In this document: positions 29,401 to 37,866 of the stretch, one piece after another
Layout of the letters: each line of letters starts with the position of its first letter
Position numbering within the stretch: position 1 is the stretch's first letter
Notes under the pieces: generated by a model
What the model saw: the letters and a program-made list of their open reading frames with translations, nothing else
Database searches by the model: none
What the model was told of the DNA's origin: nothing
Assembly: GCA_023231475.1 (NCBI GenBank)
Contig: JALJEE010001773.1
Coordinates: forward strand, 1-37,866
DNA from: Seison nebaliae
Taxonomy: Eukaryota
Reading direction: 5' to 3'
DNA: 37,866 nt
Program-made: the position numbers and the translations under genes

Positions 29401-30879
29401 CATAATAAAGAAATGACACTAGAAAGAATATTCTTCAAATTTCTACTTAATATCAAGTCCTACTTTCTTCTCAACATATATTTTTCACTATGTTCCATGG
29501 TCTTGATGGGAAGTCATTTTATGACATAATATGACGATAATATTTATAAGAAATATTTCTTTTATAAAAGAAAAATATTTCGTTAGAGAAACATATCGTC
29601 ATGAAATAAATCATTAAGTGAAACTATAAGAATTCAATGGAATGATAACTTGTCGATGCTTGATATTGGAGAAGATCACAAGAGTTACTGTTCCGAAAGA
29701 AATCTTTCAATGATTAATGATTTTTATCTAATGAAATCAAATTAAATTAAATTTCTGATTTGTGGTAGAGTGTCGAAGAAGTGACTCTACTTTTATCCCT
29801 TATACGACCAACTTTCGTACATGTATGGTTTCTTATTGTTTCTCATTTTCACTTTCCATCCATACACCTGTCTGACTATACTCATCGTCAATTATCAATC
29901 GAAGACTCATTCGTTTCTATTTCACATACTACTCGAATTATATATTCTATCACCACTCATCAGTTGACATATGCAAAATAACAGAAAACATTATAATTAT
30001 TTCCTCGTGTCGTTAGTGGATGAATAGAATACGACCACGACACCATATTGACATTCTTCAAATGACCGATTATTGATCGTTAATATTAAATAGATTTAGA
30101 GCTATTATTACATAGATGAAAACACAGAAATATTATTTGTGAAATTTTAAAGAAAACGAATTAATTCATTTGAATTTGAGTGAACTAAAATGAAATGATT
30201 AATCAGAAAGACCCTGATCACAACAGAATATCATTAAATTCCTGTGAAATACAAATAAAAAAAACTGTTCTGATAAAAAATGCTTATCGGGAAATTAATT
30301 TAAATAATTGATGGTGTCATTTTTTATTTGAACGTCTCTTCCTGTTAGTCATCCAATTTTAAAAATGGAGAAAAATACAATTTCGATAAGAAGTTAATGA
30401 GATCGAATGTCAACGGTCGAACGTTAAAACAGAAAGAAAATTTCTGTAAGAAGTGGAAATAATGTAAGAAAAGAGATGGAATTATAATGATGATGTTAAT
30501 GAAGGAGAAGAGAATATGATGAGAACGATCTCTTATCAGATGCAGGAAACCATAACAAACAATTCTCTCATTTTTCAGTTAGAAATTATTAAATACAAAT
30601 TAACTTTCCATTTCATTCCACTTTCCAACAACATTAATACATCTAATTGTTTTCTGATCATCAGCTGATGTTTTCAACCATCACCAAATTACTTTGTGAA
30701 ATTGAGTGACATGACGTGTCTATCTCTTCCACTCATATATTTACTACCATTTCCACAACAACCGATTATAATTATTTTCGAAATATTTGCAAGAAAAGGA
30801 TCATCATCATCTCCATGAAGTTATGAGAGATAAAAATATTTAAGATATTTGAAATTAAAAAAAATTTTCGTTCAAATAA

Positions 30880-31971
30880 ATGGCGTTTCTTTTCAAATTG
30901 GTTTTACGATGTCGTCATCTTTCGTCGTATACTCGACCGTTGGTATCTGAGAAGAAGAATATTTATGTTCGATCAGGGAAGGGAGGGAATGGATGTGTTT
31001 CGTTTACGAAAGATCCGATGGCTTTAGGACCTGATGGTGGTGATGGTGGAGATGGTGGAAATGTTCTGATCCGAATTCGGGAACATTTCAATAATTTACA
31101 TGTATTGAAATCGAAATATATAGGGGAAGATGGTGGGGTGGGAATGAATGGTAATCGACATGGTCATAATGGAAATGATTTAATTATTGAAGTTCCTAAC
31201 GATACCATCATCAGGAATTGTGATATGGACAAAGAGATTCTTTTGAAATGGTCAGAGGATAAATCGAATAATTCACAAAATGAATGGTTGTTATTAGAGG
31301 GTGGTCGTGGTGGTAAAGGAAATAAATCATTCGCCACATCAACTTTACAAAGTCCGAAAATTTGTGAATTAGGCGAAGAAGGATCAGAAATGATGATTGA
31401 TATTCGTTTGAATTATTTCGCACATTTAGCCATTTGTGGATTGAGTAATAGTGGAAAATCGACATTAATGAAATTATTAAGTCGAGCTCGAGTTCCGGTG
31501 GAGGAATGGCCTTTTTCTACAGTCACTTCAATTTTGGGAACAGTCGATTTTGAGTCATGTTACAATTATTCTTCAAAATATCAGACGTTTCTCTTAGATA
31601 CTCCTGCTATCGATTCGAATGCATATGTGAGAAGTCGAATATATAACGATTTGAATAAATGTCTATCCTTCTCATTGATAATTAATGATATCGATGATAT
31701 TCACCAAATTCTCTCCATCATCGGAAATGATACGTCTGAATTGTTTTTGAAGAAATTAATCGGAATATTTTATTCGAATCGAACAAATAAGAGAATGAAT
31801 TATAAGAAAATTGAAAGTTATTTAAAAGAGAAATTGGGATTGATGAAAGATAACATTTTCTTCTTAGAGAATAATGATACGACAAAGAGATTTATTAGAA
31901 GGAATCCGAATCTCTACAAATTCCTCCGACATTTCCCTTCCATTTATACGATAAGAACATCTAATAAATAA
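30880..31971 (+). CDS. Obg-family GTPase (MTG2/GTPBP5- or GTPBP10-like, probably mitochondrial), intronless, with a divergent G domain
   Basis: Gly-rich Obg fold (SGKGGNG, GPDGGDGGDGGNV, GGRGGKGN), P-loop GLSNSGKST, and an Arg-rich acid-free N-terminus resembling a mitochondrial presequence. Confidence 0.85.
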   Translation: MAFLFKLVLRCRHLSSYTRPLVSEKKNIYVRSGKGGNGCVSFTKDPMALGPDGGDGGDGGNVLIRIREHFNNLHVLKSKYIGEDGGVGMNGNRHGHNGNDLIIEVPNDTIIRNCDMDKEILLKWSEDKSNNSQNEWLLLEGGRGGKGNKSFATSTLQSPKICELGEEGSEMMIDIRLNYFAHLAICGLSNSGKSTLMKLLSRARVPVEEWPFSTVTSILGTVDFESCYNYSSKYQTFLLDTPAIDSNAYVRSRIYNDLNKCLSFSLIINDIDDIHQILSIIGNDTSELFLKKLIGIFYSNRTNKRMNYKKIESYLKEKLGLMKDNIFFLENNDTTKRFIRRNPNLYKFLRHFPSIYTIRTSNK

Positions 31972-31992
31972 TTTAAAAATAACTATTGTCGT

Positions 31993-32664
31993 CTATTTCA
32001 TTTTCTTCTTTATTCGAAGTAGATCCACATCGTGTTGTTGACGAATAATGATGAGTGAGCTTCGAACAATAATATAAAATGGCACGAATACCCAGACGAC
32101 GTTGAAGAAGAAGAAATAGAAATAGAAATAATATGCATCCAAATATCTCGTATGAATCCAACCGAACAAGTATTCGGATAGGAAGAATATGAGAACGCCA
32201 TAAAGTTGACAAGTTGAACTAAGAATTTGTAAGATGTGTCGATATTTATTATTGATTATAATTGCTATATAAGTCAAGAGACAAATAGGTCCCACAATAA
32301 ATGCTGTCAACATTTCGATAGCAACTGTTCCTTCTTCACCTATCACATATCTCCCATCACTTTTCGCATATTCTTTCCAAATCTCTCCTAATAAATTTGA
32401 GTCCGACACGATTTTCTTATAGTTCAATACAAAATATAATTCCAACACACAATGACATAATGAACATAAAAGGAACCATGAAATAATTAAACGTTTCGTT
32501 AACGAAAATTTTTTGTAGGACAACCATATAAAACTCACTAAAAGTACTGCGGCTGGTGGTAAGAGAAATTGTTGGAAAATTTGTTGGACATTTCTTTCAT
32601 TTGGAACATAATCATCTATCTGATTAGTAAACGGTGGAAATGGATGCTGATAGATGTTGTTCAT
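31993..32664 (-). CDS. EBP: Emopamil-binding protein / sterol delta8-delta7 isomerase, intronless
   Basis: HPFPP...YVPNE, CHCVLE, IWKEYAKSDGRY, IEMLT...GP, QLYG, YFFFFNVVW; multi-TM pattern of the EBP/EXPERA family. Confidence 0.9.
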   Translation of the reverse strand: MNNIYQHPFPPFTNQIDDYVPNERNVQQIFQQFLLPPAAVLLVSFIWLSYKKFSLTKRLIISWFLLCSLCHCVLELYFVLNYKKIVSDSNLLGEIWKEYAKSDGRYVIGEEGTVAIEMLTAFIVGPICLLTYIAIIINNKYRHILQILSSTCQLYGVLIFFLSEYLFGWIHTRYLDAYYFYFYFFFFNVVWVFVPFYIIVRSSLIIIRQQHDVDLLRIKKKMK

Positions 32665-35600
32665 TTTTCTTTTATTTTTTTTTGGTTTACAGATGATTTT
32701 TTAGTTGTTGATTAAATCAGTTTCTTCACGTTTATCACAGTATCGAATGATAAAATGATTTCTTTTTCAGTTTACTCTAATCGGGGATGTCAATAAAACA
32801 TATTAAGAAAGAATTATATTTGAAAGGAGAAAATTTTCAAAAAATGTAGGCTTAGCTTGACGGACGATAATTTGAAATAATTATTCTGATAAGTTAATTT
32901 TAGGTTAATTTTATGAAATAGTTTGACATAATTCTCAATATTATGTGTGAATTGGAAGGTTTGAAAGGATGAGTGTTTCTTTTAATAATTCTCCAATAAA
33001 TCTCTAATTTCTCATTTATTTTCATGAAAATTGTCAGAAACTTATTGAAGAACTTCCGTCATTTGAATTGAGCAAATGATGTGACTTATGAGAGAATACT
33101 GTGAAGTGAAATAATTTATAATATTAATTTATGAAGTCATGTTGACATGATGGAAGAAAAATATTGGTGCCTGATGTGGGTAGAGGAGGAATGGAAAGAA
33201 TATTTGTGATTAGGGAATATTTACCAGTTATTTATTATTTTCTTTCTATCGACATAACTGATGACGATGATAATGATAATGAGTAGAAGAGGAGAAAATA
33301 GAGAATTAATGAAAATGCAAATCTCTTGTATTGATAGAAAGCGATGTAGATGTGTATAATCATAATTCTAATTATTCAAGTAACATTTGGTAATCATTTA
33401 TCTATTTCCGTATTATGTCATATAATCAAATAAAAAAATATTTTTCTTACAAAACAAATGGGAACGGAAGTAGAGAATGAAATATTTTTTAAAAATCCAT
33501 TCACTTCAATGTGTATCCACCATTCCTTATTCCCAGCACACTTCTTTTCTTACACGAATTTTACACATATTCAGGAATGTTATATCGATATATCGAGTGG
33601 TTGAACTATTGCGACTGACTGGAGAATGGTACTACCAATAATAGGCACATACTATTATAATATTAGTATACAGAATATGGATTTTTGTAAGAATTATCGA
33701 CAGTTTGAATACACTTCTCGAATTTGTTTAGTTAAATTTTTGTCATTTTAACAAATCTGATTAAGAAGTTAATTGAATTAATAAATTAGTAATTTTTGCA
33801 AATTTGATGGTTGCCTCATTCTAATTTATCGAACAATCCATTCATTCGCAAAAATTGTCATTCTTTAGAGAAATGTACACTATGGAAGAAATGGCATGAA
33901 GGAAGACCTGCAGATTATCAAAATCTGTTGAGATTATGTTGTGTCAGGTCGAATTAATAAGAGTAATAGATATATAATCAAGTTTTATTTAATTAAAAAA
34001 TTAATATTGGGGAAGAATATGATTGATGGATGTAATTGGGTAAATGTTGAATAATTAGATAAATGATGATAATGATGAAGATAAAAATTATTTTCTACAT
34101 AAATATTATAATTTATTTTAAGGAATGATTATAGGAAGAATGACGATAATGATATTATTATATTCCTTGATACTCTTCTCTGGTAATAATCTTCTAATAA
34201 TTATCGTGCATTCACATATAATTCTTTTCTTTCTCATTATTATTATCATTATCATCTACAATATTATTATGGTAATAAACATTTAAGTTAATTATGAATA
34301 AGAAAGAATTTCTCATTTTTCATCAGAATTGTACCAGCAACAGGAGATAAATATAAAATCGGTATGATAATGTATTATCGATTATTGTCGATGAGATGAA
34401 ACTTATTTAACAGAGATGCAATGTCAAAAATGAGAAGAAAAGCTATTTGATGGGAATAACATGAATTCGATTTAAGTCTTCATTTTTCACCATTAAAAAT
34501 GTTTATGCATCTGTTCGTTTTATGTTTATGTAATTGGTGATTCGATATACGCATGTTATTCCATAATCAAATCATAATAGATTTAACGCTTTCATTATCC
34601 AAATATCATCGATGAATTAATGACGATGTTAAATCATCAACTAACTAGCTCTCTTATTTTTCCTATTTTTACTCATCAAAGTTTTCGGTTCTTCAAATTA
34701 TTTGGAAGAGAAGTGACAGAGTGTTGAGTGGTGAGCAGAAAGAACGAGTTGTTATGTTTACTACTTATCATCTATTTGAGAGCAGATTCCATTTTATCCA
34801 GATCACAATTGGAATTTTCGATAATTTGCTTCCCATATTCTATTTGTTTTCGTAATAAAATATCGAGGAGTCGACGAAATGGAATGTTTAATCTTTCATA
34901 GATGACTTAAACGATAATGATAATTTTGGTGAATACATATAGAAATTATTGAGAAATAAATTCGACGGAAACGAATTTGCATTTATATTTGTTAAAGAAA
35001 ATGAAATGTTATTGTTTATTTTCTTTCCAATTATCATCATTTTATTTCAGTCTTATTCCTTCCTTCCGCCAGTCCGTTCATTGCTGACTAACAATCGTCC
35101 AACGTTATTTGTACGTACAAATATAGTTCTTTCCTGCTCGTTAAATATGATTTCCGTGAGAAGTTGAATATAATTTAATATATTATATTTACGTACATGT
35201 ATCTACGTAACTATTCTGTGAGTTTGCTAATGGAAGAAGTAGGAAGACGAGAATGGAGAAACTTCAATGAATACGGGAAGAATGAATATGATAAATATGG
35301 AGACTAATATTCCAATGGAGCTATTCACAGATACATAAAGATATTCGTTCATCAATGAAATATTCTTTTATTTCACCAATCAACTTGTTATGGTTCGTAT
35401 GTGGATGAGAGTTGAGAAAGTAGACTCAACTTCTTTTCTCAATCTTTTCTTCTTCTTCCATATCTCCTTTTTTCCCACATATACTTGGCGTATACCACCA
35501 ATCTTGTGTGTAGTCTAACAGATGAACATCTGTAGGAACATTTCTTACAATATCAGAAGAAAAATATCAGAAAATTGAATTCTTCTTATCTAGAAGCTTT

Positions 35601-37093
35601 CCCATCAACATATCCTTAGTATTCAGAATTTTCCTTAAAGCTATCTGTTTTATTAACTACCCCATACCAGTTATTCTTCATCTCACAATCTCCCATGGAG
35701 GCAGATGACCAACAATTTCTTTTAATTTAAATTATTTCATAAGCTTGTTGTCGTTTTGTTCTCGTTCATTTACTCCATTCAATTTCTGTCATTTCGTATG
35801 CAGCGATCACGAAAGAACGATAATCGCTAAAATTAATGTTCGCATATATCATCGGTCCACTGTTTGCCATGTACATATTTATGATAATAATATGTAATCA
35901 GAGGGTCGATTCACACCCGTCAATGAATTCGATATACTTTTTGTCGAAAAGATGGATGATTTCTTCTATTAGAACATCTTTTTTCTCCCCGATATATTTC
36001 GTTTCGTCATTGCATGTTGCGAGTATTTTCTCTGATTATTTGATAATGATAATAATCCTCTGACAGGAAGACAATTATTTAAAGAGCATTATTATTGTTA
36101 GTCGATCTGTATGTTTCGATGTAGTCGGGTCAGAACCTTAAGAAATGGATTGATTTCGTTTTCTACAATTTTCCCATTTATTGAAATATTGAAAAATTCG
36201 TACAATTTTCTCACATCTTCCTCATACATTTATTTCTTATTGTGATCTATTTACACTTTGTGAGCTATGTGCATAAGTAGTGCATATTTAGTTACGATAT
36301 TGATTTGATAATAAAAATAAATTTCATCGACATATCTCTACAAGTGAAATATTTCTCATTATTTATCTTACTTCACATACGTGCAATTGTTCGGTTGTCG
36401 CTCGATGTTTATTATCTATTTCCACATAATATTCATGTATTAGAATATGATATAATGGTAGATTTGGAAATGGATGCTAATGTAGATATATGTGTGTAAG
36501 GAAACATAAATATTTCGTCATACAAAATGATATATTACTGTATAATTATTTGGTGTGTTTATCTACATTCATCTGCACGTTTGATATGGTGAAGAAATGC
36601 ATCATGCCTTTCATTATTCCGTCTTTCGATCTATCTATCGATCGATCCACCCATCTCCTCTCCATTCCAAAATTATACGTACACGCATCGATCTATATGT
36701 CTGCAGACATATTTCATTCTAATTTACATTTTCTCTCTCGTAGAAATTTCAAATTCATCCACTTGACCATGACTTTGATGTAGTTGCATCCTCTCTCCTC
36801 TCTAATTGTTCTCCGACTGACTTATTCTAATATTTTATCAATTCCCTTCTCATCACAAGAGTAGTTAAACCTTATCTTGTGTATCCACAGCTATAATTCG
36901 TCATATTAGTTAATATCCATCTTGACACCCCAATTACCATTAAATGCAATAACTAGACTAAATATATCAAAAATATTTTATTCTTTCACAACATCGTCGA
37001 GTGAAAAAAAGAAACATTTGAAAATTCATTTCATTTCACCTTTCTCTTCTTTCCAGTAGATGGAATATCTAAATCTCTCCTGATGGAAGCGTC

Positions 37094-37866
37094 ATGTTCG
37101 CCATATTGCTCTTCTATCTATTGCTATATTTCCGATTATTTCACGAAACATATGCCGCCCATAATAACGAACAAATGCAGAAAGCAACAAATACGGTTGA
37201 CAGTCTTCTCATCGGATACGACATTAGATTAAGACCCAACTTTGGAAGTTCCAACATTTTGATCATTAAAAAATCACTAAACTTCTTTATAGTTAAACCC
37301 CTCGAGGTTGGATTGGAAATTGTTTTGGGAAGTTTCGACGCCATTTCCGAAGTTAACATGGTTTGTAATTAGATTTTTCAATCTTCTTCAGAATGTTATT
37401 AATTAAATATCAATTTTCTAATCAAAACAGGATTATACAATAACTCTTTCTCTCAATCAATATTGGCAAGATGATAGATTGAAAGTAGCAAGTCCAACAA
37501 GTAATCGATCAATGACATTAACTGGAGACTTTATTGACCGTATTTGGGTTCCAGACATCTACATAGCAAATGATAAGAATGCTTTTCTCCATGATGTTAC
37601 TCAAAAGAATAAAATGCTCCGTCTCTTCAATAACGGTTCTGTGGTTTATGGAATGAGGTTTAATCTCAAAAATTAATTTTAATGCAATCCCTTTTCTTTT
37701 AAAGATTTACTACAACATTGGCTTGTATGATGGATCTACATCATTATCCTTTAGATACTCAAAATTGTACGGTGGAAATCGAAAGCTGTTAGTGAACTTT
37801 ATTTAGAAGTTTTCCCATCATCTATGCTCTTCCAGATGGTTATACAACTGAAGATTTAATAATGTA
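37094..37866 (+). CDS. Cys-loop GABA-A receptor beta-like subunit (LCCH3/GAB-1 type), 3'-truncated. Exons 37094-37247, 37293-37360, 37431-37657, 37705-37787, 37836->37866
   Basis: Signal peptide; GYDIRLRPNFG; SFDAISEVNM-DYTIT; WVPD...[45 protein letters not shown] (Cys-loop). Confidence 0.93.

Noticed and set aside
29531..29602. ATGACGATA...TATCGTCAT inverted repeat with an internal palindrome
   Set aside because: Arms are asymmetric, with no target-site duplication or second copy; not a convincing MITE or pre-miRNA.

Overview
Very AT-rich eukaryotic (animal) genomic DNA with a compact gene structure; the species cannot be identified from sequence alone. Reconstructing splicing by hand gives ten protein-coding genes: a partial Thr-rich mucin/EGF/CUB protein, a head-to-head pair of intronless receptor guanylyl-cyclase-like paralogues, an OGFr-domain protein, NR2C2AP, an unknown type II membrane mucin, PACSIN/syndapin, an Obg-family GTPase, EBP sterol isomerase, and the 5' part of a GABA-A beta/LCCH3-like channel. 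Two signals stand out. (1) The splice code is unusual: 20 of 22 reconstructed introns begin GTT rather than GTA/GTG, most are 44-53 nt, and they match standard U1 poorly. (2) Both cyclase paralogues have lost the same metal-binding aspartates yet share a conserved, unrecognised C-terminal tail. A probable cryptic 534-nt exon also lies inside PACSIN. No rRNA, tRNA, CRISPR or clear transposon was found.
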